Source of the DNA: Sporomusaceae bacterium FL31
Lineage (GTDB): Bacteria; Bacillota; Negativicutes; DSM-1736; Dendrosporobacteraceae
Direction: 5' to 3'
Assembly (NCBI GenBank): GCA_003990955.1
Contig: BIFV01000008.1
Location: forward strand, 93,066-117,065
Length of the DNA stretch: 24,000 nucleotides
Below the pieces are notes generated by a model, which did not search any database, was not told the origin of the DNA, and was given only the letters and a program-made list of their open reading frames with translations. This document shows positions 16,560-24,000 of the stretch, one piece after another (position 1 is the first letter of the stretch; each line of letters begins with the position of its first letter). The translations under genes and the position numbers were made by a program.

Positions 16560-16577
16560 ACGAAAAAGTGCGTACTT
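16560..16577 (+). promoter_or_regulatory. shared 18-nt promoter motif, copy 1
   Basis: ACGAAAAAGTGCGTACTT, 95 nt upstream of the nitroreductase ATG. Matches 19089..19072 (minus) ACAAATAAGTGCATACTT at 15/18 positions. Confidence 0.5.
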
Positions 16578-16672
16578 TATTATAGTAAGAAATCGTTTAA
16601 AATAATATTACTACCTAGGCTGTGGAACTAACCAAAGCGGGTGCAAATAAAAAGAAAAACGGAGGCGTTGTC

Positions 16673-17197
16673 ATGGATTTTTTAGAGTTGTCAAAAAAAA
16701 GATATTCTGTGAGGAAATTCAGCAAACAGCCGGTTGAGGCTGAAAAATTGGAGCAGATCCTGGAGGCTGGCCGCTTGTCCCCGACAGCGGTAAATTTCCA
16801 ACCACAAAGAATTCTGGTACTTAACAGTGAGGATAACTTAAGCAAACTGAAAAACTGCACACCCTATCATTTTAATGCACCTTTAGCTCTGCTAGTTTGC
16901 TATGACAATACCGTAAGCTGGAAGCGTTCTTATGACCAAAACGACAGCGGTACTGTTGATGCCAGCATTGTAACAACACACATGCTTCTGGAAATAGCTA
17001 ACTTAGGTCTGGGCACAACCTGGGTCGGTCACTTTGATCCAGCCGCTATTCAGCGTACATTCTCTATTCCCGCACACATTGTTCCTGTTGCACTATTGCC
17101 GATTGGTTATCCCGCAGAAGATTCCCAGCCTCATGCCAATCATGACCGGCGTTATGATAACAGCCACACCGTTTTCTATAATACCTTCCCTGTCTAA
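16673..17197 (+). CDS. nitroreductase family protein
   Basis: The track ORF begins at 16622, but CGGAGGCG precedes ATG at 16673: MDFLELSKKRYSVRKFSKQPVEAEKLEQILEAGRLSPTAVNFQPQRILVL...GLGTTWVGHFD (nitroreductase FMN-binding fold). Confidence 0.95.
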   Translation: MDFLELSKKRYSVRKFSKQPVEAEKLEQILEAGRLSPTAVNFQPQRILVLNSEDNLSKLKNCTPYHFNAPLALLVCYDNTVSWKRSYDQNDSGTVDASIVTTHMLLEIANLGLGTTWVGHFDPAAIQRTFSIPAHIVPVALLPIGYPAEDSQPHANHDRRYDNSHTVFYNTFPV

Positions 17198-17291
17198 TCA
17201 GCTTAGAAGCTATAAGCTGCTGATCTAAGCCCCTATTCTTGCGTTAAAAAAGCAAACAGAGGAGACAGTTGAATATTGGGAGGATAGAATC

Positions 17292-17669
17292 ATGTTTAAA
17301 CGGATAGACCATATCGCATTCATTGTTGCAAATCGCGAGAAATCGGTTAGGTTTTATGAGGAGCATTTTGGTTTTCAAAAATATTACGAGCATGACGTTC
17401 CTGTTCCGGTCATCGAGAAAATTGTCTATTTAAAACTGGGTGACACCGTTCTTGAGCTCATACACATGCCGAATGGAGCACAAAATACAGGCTATCATTT
17501 CTGCCTCGAAAGTGATAATTTCGATGCAGACTATGACCGGCTTAAAAAGGCTGGCATCCCTGTACAAACCGAACCGCATCCATCATCAGCAAGAGAAGCT
17601 CGTGAGGAGGGTTGGCGGAGAGTGGTTTTCGTCGGACCTGACGGAGAACATATCGAATTTAGAGGATAA
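17292..17669 (+). CDS. VOC/glyoxalase I-like family protein
   Basis: 125 aa: MFKRIDHIAFIVANREKSVRFYEEHFGFQKYYEHDVPVPVIEKIVYLKLGDTVLELIHMP...TGYHFCLESDNFDADYDRLKKAGIPV...GWRRVVFVGPDGEHIEFRG. Confidence 0.93.
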   Translation: MFKRIDHIAFIVANREKSVRFYEEHFGFQKYYEHDVPVPVIEKIVYLKLGDTVLELIHMPNGAQNTGYHFCLESDNFDADYDRLKKAGIPVQTEPHPSSAREAREEGWRRVVFVGPDGEHIEFRG

Positions 17670-17680
17670 CCTTAAATTAA

Positions 17681-17716
17681 ACCCATTTGCCAACTTGAGG
17701 CCGATGGGTCTTTTTC
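17681..17716 (+). terminator. putative terminator of VOC gene
   Basis: ACCCAT...ATGGGT followed by CTTTTTC, directly after the stop at 17669. Confidence 0.6.
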
Positions 17717-17721
17717 TATTC

Positions 17722-17763
17722 AAAAAAGAATCGCCATTCGTCTTCAGCAGACCAATAGCGATT
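17722..17763 (-). terminator. putative terminator of nitroreductase 2
   Basis: Minus strand AATCGCTATT...AATGGCGATTCTTTTTTG: 9/10-matched arms followed by a T-run. Confidence 0.65.
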
Positions 17764-17796
17764 TCCTATTATAATAAAGCAATGTGTTTTTTTGAA

Positions 17797-18303
17797 CTAA
17801 TACTTTTCATAGTGGATTCTGGCTTTATCAAACCGATCTTCAAAATTGTTATCAGCGGAATAGCCGATAGCCAGCATGGCAAATGCCTCAATACCCTGGG
17901 GGAGATTGAAAAATTCTTTCATAAAAGCCATTCTATCTTCTTCTGGTGCAATCCCCATCCATACCGCACCCAACCCCAGTTCTACCGACGCAAGTAAAAT
18001 ATTTTCTGTCGCTGCTGCCAAATCCTGCTGCCAATACTGCTTAAATCTTAGATATTTTTCATTTAATAATACAATAATCCCAAGCGGCGCATTTTTTATC
18101 GGCCCAGCGTAAATATGGGCACTTGATAATTTTTGCAGCGTTTCTTTATCTTCAACCACAATAAACTCCCATGGCTGCTGATTGGCCGCAGAAGGAGCCT
18201 GCATACCGGCTTTTAATAACTTTTCGATCTTTTCTTTTTCCACTGGTCGATTCTCATATTTCCGGATGCTCCGTCTTTTTTGGATTCCTTCATATAAGTT
18301 CAT
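17797..18303 (-). CDS. nitroreductase family protein (second, distinct paralogue)
   Basis: ORF track start 18333; ATG at 18303 preferred: MNLYEGIQKRRSIRKYENRPVEKEKIEKLLKAGMQAPSAANQQPWEFIVVEDKETLQKLS...VELGLGAVWMGIAPEEDRM. Confidence 0.95.
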   Translation of the reverse strand: MNLYEGIQKRRSIRKYENRPVEKEKIEKLLKAGMQAPSAANQQPWEFIVVEDKETLQKLSSAHIYAGPIKNAPLGIIVLLNEKYLRFKQYWQQDLAAATENILLASVELGLGAVWMGIAPEEDRMAFMKEFFNLPQGIEAFAMLAIGYSADNNFEDRFDKARIHYEKY

Positions 18304-18439
18304 AGCTATTTTCTCCCCCTTTACACTCTTCATTTATGAAATCTACTGCACCAGGTTCATTGGTACCCCAGTGAGAAAGTAGCGCCAACATGAACCAGCA
18401 CCCTAATAAGGTTTATTCCTCATAGCGCCTTGCTAGAAA

Positions 18440-18988
18440 TCAAAGTATGCTTTTTCCTAATGCTTCAGCTTGCTTTAATCCGTCGGTCTTTAGAATATCA
18501 TCTTTATCATGAAGACCCGGTACGATGATGACACCGCTATCCTTCCAAGTAAGAAATTCAGCAATGAGCTGATAGGACTTCACAATTCCCTCAAACTTAG
18601 ATTCATCTTGCACACCGCCGCTGACTAGCAGCACGCATTCCTTTATCTTCAGTGGCCTTTTGCCAATTAGAAACGAATAAAGCTTATCAATTGCAGCTTT
18701 TAACTGCACCGGAAATGAGAACCAGTACATGGGTGTTGCGAACACAACCATATCGGCTTGCTCTAGAAGTGGCGCAAGGTTGGCAAAATCATCGGGAATA
18801 GAACAAGCACTTTGCCTGCTGAAACAAGTCTGGCAATCAATACAGCCCTTAATATGTTTATCCGCAGTTGTGAATTTTTCCGTCGTGTGTCCCGCCTGCT
18901 TAGCACCAGCAATAAATGCATCTGCCAGCTTGTCGGTATTGCCGCCTTTTCTAGGGCTTCCTGTTAACACAAGTATATGTTTTGACAT
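18440..18988 (-). CDS. flavodoxin-fold NAD(P)H-dependent FMN reductase / oxidoreductase
   Basis: Start at 18988 preferred (GAGG RBS). MSKHILVLTGSPRKGGNTDKLADAFIAGAKQAGHTTEKF...IKGCIDCQTCF...QADMVVFATPMYWFSFPVQLKAAIDKLYSF. The GSPRxxGNT and PxYW.sfPaqlKa.iDR signatures are clear. Confidence 0.94.
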   Translation of the reverse strand: MSKHILVLTGSPRKGGNTDKLADAFIAGAKQAGHTTEKFTTADKHIKGCIDCQTCFSRQSACSIPDDFANLAPLLEQADMVVFATPMYWFSFPVQLKAAIDKLYSFLIGKRPLKIKECVLLVSGGVQDESKFEGIVKSYQLIAEFLTWKDSGVIIVPGLHDKDDILKTDGLKQAEALGKSIL

Positions 18989-19022
18989 AGCTAACCTCAG
19001 TCTCCTCTCATATGTCATTGCC

Positions 19023-19034
19023 GAAAGCGCTTTC
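19023..19034. promoter_or_regulatory. cre-like (CcpA/LacI-family) perfect palindrome
   Basis: GAAAGCGCTTTC, 35 nt upstream of the FMN reductase ATG. Matches the core of cre TGAAAGCGCTTTCA (12/14). Confidence 0.4.
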
Positions 19035-19071
19035 CTAGCTATAATCATACACACTAACTATCACTACAAAC

Positions 19072-19089
19072 AAGTATGCACTTATTTGT
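19072..19089 (-). promoter_or_regulatory. shared 18-nt promoter motif, copy 2
   Basis: Minus strand ACAAATAAGTGCATACTT. Same orientation relative to its gene as copy 1 and similar distance to the start codon (83 nt). Confidence 0.5.
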
Positions 19090-19130
19090 GCCATAGTATC
19101 TATTTGTATACTGTGCAACCAGATCCACTT

Positions 19131-19156
19131 GTCACGGGGACGGTTCTAGTGACACG
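19131..19156. repeat. short inverted repeat, REP-like
   Basis: TTGTCACGGGGACGGTTCTAGTGACACG: TGTCAC / GTGACA arms around GGGACGGTTC. Resembles intergenic palindromes common in some Firmicutes (from memory). Confidence 0.4.
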
Positions 19157-19223
19157 AATATTTCACTTATTTTCTTAATTTATTCCTATAATCTTCAGAT
19201 ATCCTAATTGTTGTACGAAGCAA

Positions 19224-19267
19224 AGAACCGTACCTAGTCTGCTAAGAGGCAGACTAAGTACGGTTCT
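19224..19267 (-). terminator. strong hairpin, putative terminator downstream of catalase
   Basis: AGAACCGTACCTAGTCTGC-TAAGAG-GCAGACTAAGTACGGTTCT: 18/19 complementary, and the mismatch becomes G-U in the minus-strand RNA. Short TTT tail. Confidence 0.65.
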
Positions 19268-19326
19268 AACAGCAACTCACTATTTAATATACAATCAAGA
19301 GAGAAGATGATCCTACTATTTTCTAT

Positions 19327-21393
19327 TTATGCCAATGTTCGAACTGATTTTTCCCTATTCCATTGGCGTGTCTTTGCCGCAGCAATAAAAGCCTCTTGAT
19401 TATTGGCATCCACAATGCCTGCATCTTTTCCGACATTCGCTATGTCCAAAAGTGCCTGTCCACCTTTATTGACGGCAATTGCCTTAAGATGACCAAAGGC
19501 ATCGCGCACAAAATCAATTGCAGCGCTTTCCATTGACAGTGCTTGTACGCCTTCGTCAGAGAGAATGACAGCAACCGCATCAAATAACACCGACGGAGAA
19601 CCAGCCAATTGTCCGTCAACAGATATAGTCATGCCAGCAGCAAGCTGGACGGTTCCCACTTTTGGGGCGATAATCTTCACAGCAGCCCCCGCAGCTGTCA
19701 CCGCCTGTTTAATCTTTTCAATGACAGCGCCGTCTGAACCATTCGCTACCAAAATGCCAATCGTACGCCCCATCAGCGTGTCTTTCATCTTGCCGATGAT
19801 CTGCAATGCAGGCGAAGGCTTCATCTGCTGCACAGGCCTTGCTGCCACTGGCGCAGCTGGAATTTTGTCACACCCAATGCCTACCGCAACTCTTTTTGCA
19901 AGGGCTTCATCGATATGCCGCAAATGCCCGACTATGGCCTCACGTACGTGAGTATGCTCAACCTTGGAGAGTTCAAACACTAAAGCCGAAGCAATATGTG
20001 CTTGCTCATGCACTGTTTGACTGATATAGAACAGCCGCGCTTGACTGTAGTGATCAGCAAAGCTTTCGGCACGAATGCGGCCTTTTTTGCCTGTTTCCGT
20101 TACCGCAGCACTACGGAAACCTGTAGCCGGTGTTTCGCGCGGCGATGTATCAGACAGGGAATTGGGCTCATAGGCAACACGGCCTGCCGGTTGCGCCATT
20201 TGCATGTGTCCATCCCGCTGTTGGTTGGAATACGGACACTTGGGAGCATTGATCGGAATCTGGTGGAAATTGACCGTACCCAGGCGCGAAAGCTGGGTAT
20301 CATGATAAGAAAACAAACGGCCTTGCAACAAAGGATCATTCGAGAAATCAATGCCTGGTACAAGATTAGCAGGACAGTAAGCAACCTGTTCAGTCTCAGC
20401 AAAGAAATTGTTCGGCCAGCGATCCAGCACCATGCGGCCGATCACTTTCAAAGGCACCCATTCTTCAGGAATCAGCTTGGTCGGATCCAGATGATCAAAC
20501 GGGAATGTATCCGCTTCCTCCTGCGTGAAAAGCTGAACCGCCAGTTCCCACTCGGGCAAATTCCCTGACGAGATGGCGTCAAACATATCACGGCGGTGGA
20601 AATCTGGATCGGCACCAGCAATCTTGACTGCTTCATCCCAAACGGTGGACTGCAAACCCAGCTTGGGGCGCCAGTGGAATTTGACGAAAGTTGATTGTCC
20701 TGATTGATTAATCAGCCGGAAACTATGCACACCAAAACCTTCGATCATCCGCAGGGAACGTGGTATCGTGCGATCAGACATGATCCACATCACCATATGC
20801 ATGGATTCAGGTGTGAGTGAGATAAAGTCCCAGAAGGTATCGTGCGCGGTTGCCGATTGCGGAAAACCGCGATCGGGTTCCATTTTTACGGCATGGATGA
20901 GATCAGGGAATTTAATGGCATCCTGAATGAAGAAAACCGGAATGTTGTTGCCAACCAGGTCCCAGTTGCCTTCCTTCGTATAAAACTTAACAGCAAATCC
21001 GCGTACATCACGAGGGGTATCGACCGAACCTGCACCGCCTGCGACGGTAGACATGCGAGTAAATACAGGCGTCTTCTCACCCACTTCAGTCAGTATCTTG
21101 GCGGTGGTATATTGCTCCAACGAGGTGGTCAGCTCGAAGAATCCATGCACACCTGTTCCGCGCGCATGTACGACCCGCTCTGGAATACGCTCGTGATCGA
21201 AATGCGTAATTTTCTCTCTAAGGATAAAATCTTCCCCAAGAGTAGGGCCATTTGGATTAGACCGAAGCGAGTTTTGATTATCGGAAAGCGCTACGCCCTG
21301 GTTCGTAGTGAGTGCAGGATGTTGTCCATCAGCAATTTGGTGTATCTCTCCGCCAGCAGCTACTTGTGAATCTCCATTGAAAGGTTTTTTCAT
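19327..21393 (-). CDS. katE: large-subunit (HPII-type) catalase with C-terminal DJ-1/PfpI-like domain
   Basis: 688 aa: [30 protein letters not shown]...[26 protein letters not shown]...[15 protein letters not shown]...[17 protein letters not shown] ~150-aa C-terminal extension ([24 protein letters not shown]...) matches clade II catalases. AAGGAGG RBS. Confidence 0.97.
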   Translation of the reverse strand: MKKPFNGDSQVAAGGEIHQIADGQHPALTTNQGVALSDNQNSLRSNPNGPTLGEDFILREKITHFDHERIPERVVHARGTGVHGFFELTTSLEQYTTAKILTEVGEKTPVFTRMSTVAGGAGSVDTPRDVRGFAVKFYTKEGNWDLVGNNIPVFFIQDAIKFPDLIHAVKMEPDRGFPQSATAHDTFWDFISLTPESMHMVMWIMSDRTIPRSLRMIEGFGVHSFRLINQSGQSTFVKFHWRPKLGLQSTVWDEAVKIAGADPDFHRRDMFDAISSGNLPEWELAVQLFTQEEADTFPFDHLDPTKLIPEEWVPLKVIGRMVLDRWPNNFFAETEQVAYCPANLVPGIDFSNDPLLQGRLFSYHDTQLSRLGTVNFHQIPINAPKCPYSNQQRDGHMQMAQPAGRVAYEPNSLSDTSPRETPATGFRSAAVTETGKKGRIRAESFADHYSQARLFYISQTVHEQAHIASALVFELSKVEHTHVREAIVGHLRHIDEALAKRVAVGIGCDKIPAAPVAARPVQQMKPSPALQIIGKMKDTLMGRTIGILVANGSDGAVIEKIKQAVTAAGAAVKIIAPKVGTVQLAAGMTISVDGQLAGSPSVLFDAVAVILSDEGVQALSMESAAIDFVRDAFGHLKAIAVNKGGQALLDIANVGKDAGIVDANNQEAFIAAAKTRQWNREKSVRTLA

Positions 21394-21577
21394 GATTTAC
21401 CTCCTTAATAGCAGTATCTAAGAATAGAAGATCGATTCGACTTTATTAAAGTTTAATATGTCTATTGAAAGGATTATTTATCCCTATTGCCCCCTAATAA
21501 TGAAATAATTTACATTCGCCCTATCACAGCGATTAACTCGTACGATAGAGTCAAGAATTCTCCCCTTTCACAAGCAA

Positions 21578-21622
21578 AGACCCGCTCCCTATCTGTCTCA
21601 AAGGCAGATGGTAAGCGGGTCT
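21578..21622 (-). terminator. putative terminator downstream of the FAD oxidoreductase
   Basis: AGACCCGCTCCCTATCTG ... CAGATGGTAAGCGGGTCT: 15/18 matched arms. Weak T tail on the minus strand (TTTGCTT). Confidence 0.5.
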
Positions 21623-21646
21623 CCATACGCGGAAAGTAGCCGAAAG

Positions 21647-23020
21647 CTATTTCCGGCCAGGTTTTTCTGAACGGCAACCTGCAGGAGGTATACTTTGTGG
21701 ATGATTAAATACGTTCTCAGGGTCATATTTCTCTTTTACTCTTCGAAGTCTGGCAAAGTTGGTTCCATAGTACACCGGTCCGAAATCCTGAATATACTCA
21801 TCCGGAACATTGATATAGGATCCCGCAACAAAAGGCGCCAACTGCTGGCGTGTTCTCTCCACCATAGCGATGTTTCTCTGAGCCTCACAATCGTTCGTCC
21901 AAGATGAATTCCACTCTAAATAAAATTTTGGATCCCGCCAGAAGAACGCCGTCTCTTCGGGACAAATTCTGGCCGCAGCACCACCCCAGTTCAAAAAGAA
22001 GAAACCAGCCTCTGTTCCGGTTGATTCTTCCAGAAAGCAGCGCATCACCTTAATGGCCTCACATGGCAACAGATCGAGTGCCCAAGCTGATGAAAACTTG
22101 GTACTCTGCCCGTCTCTTCCAGGGATCGGTTCATCTGGTATTAAATATTCAACAGCGTCAGGATAGGGTAATGTTTCGATAAACACATCGGTTGGAGTGC
22201 CTGCACACAGTAAAGGTTCCAACAGGCAAATCAACTCCTCCTTGCAACCAAGAAATAGCCCTTGTGTATGGACTAATCCATTTACTTTACTTAAAATTTC
22301 CAGGTAAGAGCCTAATCTTTCGTCAACAAAAGGAGCCCAGCCTTGCCATGCCTCAAAAACGGTTTCCAGTTGATTCCATGGCCAAATAATTTGAAAGACT
22401 GTCGCTTGGGCAGGGGCACGATGCACTTTGAACGTGTACTCGATATTAACCCCGAAATTCCCACCGCCGCCACCGCGCGAAGCCCACAAAAGATCCGAAT
22501 TGGTACATGCGTCGGCGTGGATCATGCATCCCTCGTAGTCAACCATATCCACTCCAACAAGATTGTCACTAACAAGACCAATGGACCGCAGCAGCAGTCC
22601 AATTCCTCCGCCTGTCGTAATTCCGCCGATTCCAACGGTCGGACTGTCTCCAAATGGAGCCATAAACCCTTCCTGTGCTAACCACTTTACGAGTGGCCCT
22701 ACATGGGCACCAGTTTGAACGGTAGCTATTTCCAGATCTCGATTCAGCCACGCCTTATCCATATGACTTACATCAATAACAATTCCGTCTTTAACCACTG
22801 AAAGATTTTTGTCCAAAGCATGGCGTCCGCTTCGAGTCCGAATCGGAACGCAATTCTCTCTGGCCCATTTTATGGCATTTTTTACATCCTCTGTACATTG
22901 CGCAAAGACAAAGACGAGTGGAAATGTATCAACATATGGATTCCAATTTTTACGCGCCTGCTCGTACCCCAGATCTCCTCTGAAAATGACGCGTCCGGTC
23001 AACTGTGTTTTACCTTCCAT
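21647..23020 (-). CDS. FAD-binding (berberine-bridge-enzyme-like) oxidoreductase
   Basis: 457 aa: PLVFVFAQCTEDVKNAIKWARENCVPIRTRSGRHALDKNLSVVKDGIVIDVSHM...DSPTVGIGGITTGGGIGLLLRSIGLVSDNLVGVDMV..., C-terminal YYGTNFARLRRVKEKYDPENVFNHPQSIPP (BBE motif). AGGAGT RBS. Confidence 0.94.
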   Translation of the reverse strand: MEGKTQLTGRVIFRGDLGYEQARKNWNPYVDTFPLVFVFAQCTEDVKNAIKWARENCVPIRTRSGRHALDKNLSVVKDGIVIDVSHMDKAWLNRDLEIATVQTGAHVGPLVKWLAQEGFMAPFGDSPTVGIGGITTGGGIGLLLRSIGLVSDNLVGVDMVDYEGCMIHADACTNSDLLWASRGGGGGNFGVNIEYTFKVHRAPAQATVFQIIWPWNQLETVFEAWQGWAPFVDERLGSYLEILSKVNGLVHTQGLFLGCKEELICLLEPLLCAGTPTDVFIETLPYPDAVEYLIPDEPIPGRDGQSTKFSSAWALDLLPCEAIKVMRCFLEESTGTEAGFFFLNWGGAAARICPEETAFFWRDPKFYLEWNSSWTNDCEAQRNIAMVERTRQQLAPFVAGSYINVPDEYIQDFGPVYYGTNFARLRRVKEKYDPENVFNHPQSIPPAGCRSEKPGRK

Positions 23021-23170
23021 TCATGTCACTCCTAATCTTAACGTTCATGTTATTCAGAATAATGAGCAAACTGATTGAGTCTCCTATTGACCTGTTTTCT
23101 TCTCAAGGTTCAAAAATACACCTAATCTATGATATGTGTTATGTCTACTTTTGTGTAACTCATGGCAAAG

Positions 23171-23202
23171 AAAAAACACCATCCAAATGGGTGGTGTCTT
23201 TT
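23171..23202 (-). terminator. terminator of the putative 29-aa microprotein transcript
   Basis: Minus strand ACACCACCC-ATTT-GGATGGTGTTTTTT. Confidence 0.65.
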
Positions 23203-23243
23203 CCAGTGCCATATATTTGTCGGTCTACCTGATCACGGAACAA

Positions 23244-23333
23244 TCAAATTGCGCCGGTTAAGTGAACTAAGTTTAACACGAATAAGGAAACTGCAATAAA
23301 AACCATTGCGGCCGCGCCAATCTTAAATGCCAT
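23244..23333 (-). CDS. putative 29-aa single-pass membrane microprotein, not in ORF track
   Basis: Translation: MAFKIGAAAMVFIAVSLFVLNLVHLTGAI*. AAAGGG 8 nt upstream of the ATG, one TM-length hydrophobic stretch, and its own terminator downstream. Confidence 0.5.
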   Translation of the reverse strand: MAFKIGAAAMVFIAVSLFVLNLVHLTGAI

Positions 23334-23640
23334 ACTCTCATCCCTTTCTTGATCACATTTTCAGTTGCTGCTTAGCAGATATACCAAGGAAAAACTGAAT
23401 AACAAAACAGATTGTTAACGTAATATATGACGTTTTTTATTGTATTCCTATCAAAGAAGTCTTGCAAGGATGGTTAAGGAAGATTTAGACAGAAACTGGA
23501 GGCTTAGATAGGCTCATGATCAATTAGGTGCCATATGATCAAAATAACTCCCGATTAAATGATAGGATCAGTCCAAATGCACACGTTAAAGTACAAAAAT
23601 TAAGCAAATCCACCTCCAACCCCAATGAATCGACAGCAGA

Positions 23641-23662
23641 AAACCCGCTAAAATGCGGGTTT
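23641..23662. terminator. short hairpin, possible terminator
   Basis: AAACCCGC-TAAAAT-GCGGGTTT, followed by TAGTTAGGCTTTC on the plus strand. The minus side is flanked by TTCTG. Confidence 0.45.
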
Positions 23663-23751
23663 AGTTAGGCTTTCTTATTTACTCTATGTATCTTATAATT
23701 ATACTTTAGAGTATTTAATCTTACATAAAATCTAACGTTAGAAGGGCTATC

Positions 23752-24000
23752 ATGGACGAACAATATTATGAGAAGCTATTGAATATAAAAACTGCTGGGG
23801 AACAAAAAATATTCAATCAATCATCACACTACCATAGATATGAGCCAACATCTTATTCCGTATTAGAACTATTATCGACGCAATATGATTTCACAGCAGC
23901 CGATCATATCGTTGACTTTGGCTGTGGCAAAGGAAGACTTAACTTTTACCTAACTCACTTTTTTGACTCTACTGTCACAGGGATAGAAATGAATACCTTC
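23752..24000 (+). CDS. class I SAM-dependent methyltransferase, N-terminal part (runs off window)
   Basis: ATG 23752 with GAAGGG upstream. MDEQYYEKLLNIKTAGEQKIFNQSSHYHRYEPTSYSVLELLSTQYDFTAADHIVDFGCGKGRLNFYLTHFFDSTVTGIEMNTF: motif I VDFGCGKGRL and motif II GIEMN. Confidence 0.85.
   Translation, partial: MDEQYYEKLLNIKTAGEQKIFNQSSHYHRYEPTSYSVLELLSTQYDFTAADHIVDFGCGKGRLNFYLTHFFDSTVTGIEMNTF

Noticed and set aside
17199-17219. Small hairpin CAGCTTA-GAAGCTA-TAAGCTG after nitroreductase 1
   Set aside because: Only 7-bp arms and no T-run. Too weak to call a terminator.
17440-17997. Plus-strand 185-aa ORF
   Set aside because: Overlaps the VOC gene in another frame and then runs antisense across the nitroreductase 2 gene. 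No RBS or recognisable domain.
19565-20568. Plus-strand ORFs 19565..19951, 19806..20024 and 19996..20568
   Set aside because: Antisense to katE. Shadow ORFs in a GC-richer gene with strong purifying codon pattern on the other strand.
20842-21369. Plus-strand ORF 20842..21369 (175 aa)
   Set aside because: Antisense to katE with no RBS-supported start and no family resemblance.
21647-23232. Plus-strand ORFs 22343..22681, 22809..23078 and 23005..23232
   Set aside because: Antisense to the FAD oxidoreductase or spanning its promoter and the downstream terminator. No coding support.
1-24000. CRISPR arrays, tRNA/rRNA genes, intact transposases or prophage genes
   Set aside because: None seen by eye. 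There are no regular direct repeats with spacers, no cloverleaf-like sequences with CCA ends noticed and no transposase-like ORFs. Dedicated tools (CRISPRCasFinder, tRNAscan-SE, ISfinder) could confirm.

Overview
This 24 kb window looks chromosomal and probably comes from a diderm Firmicute (Negativicutes/Sporomusaceae-like). That lineage call is inference from gene content and protein flavour. From left to right: (1) a two-partner secretion locus on the minus strand, with a TpsA filamentous-haemagglutinin-type exoprotein truncated by the left edge and its TpsB/FhaC transporter; (2) a TetR-controlled RND efflux operon (tetR // 77-aa unknown protein - periplasmic adaptor - RND pump - UspA); (3) a TetR + SMR efflux pair; (4) a DUF169 protein divergent from a LysR regulator; (5) a small outer-membrane beta-barrel protein, a 49-aa His-rich small ORF, a 108-aa hypothetical protein and an ECF transporter S component; (6) a redox/stress cluster of two nitroreductases, a VOC-family protein, a flavodoxin-like FMN reductase, an HPII-type catalase and a BBE-type FAD oxidoreductase; (7) a putative 29-aa single-pass membrane microprotein and the 5' end of a SAM methyltransferase. 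No rRNA, tRNA, CRISPR or intact transposase was seen. I found no clearly new multi-gene system. The most interesting signals are a shared palindromic operator at both ends of the tetR/RND locus, a palindrome filling the promoter spacer of the tetR-SMR pair, a 34-bp perfect palindrome, an 18-nt motif shared by the nitroreductase and FMN reductase promoters, a cre-like palindrome, REP-like inverted repeats, two small ORFs missing from the ORF track, and a TpsA gene whose C-terminus (possible CDI toxin) lies outside the window.
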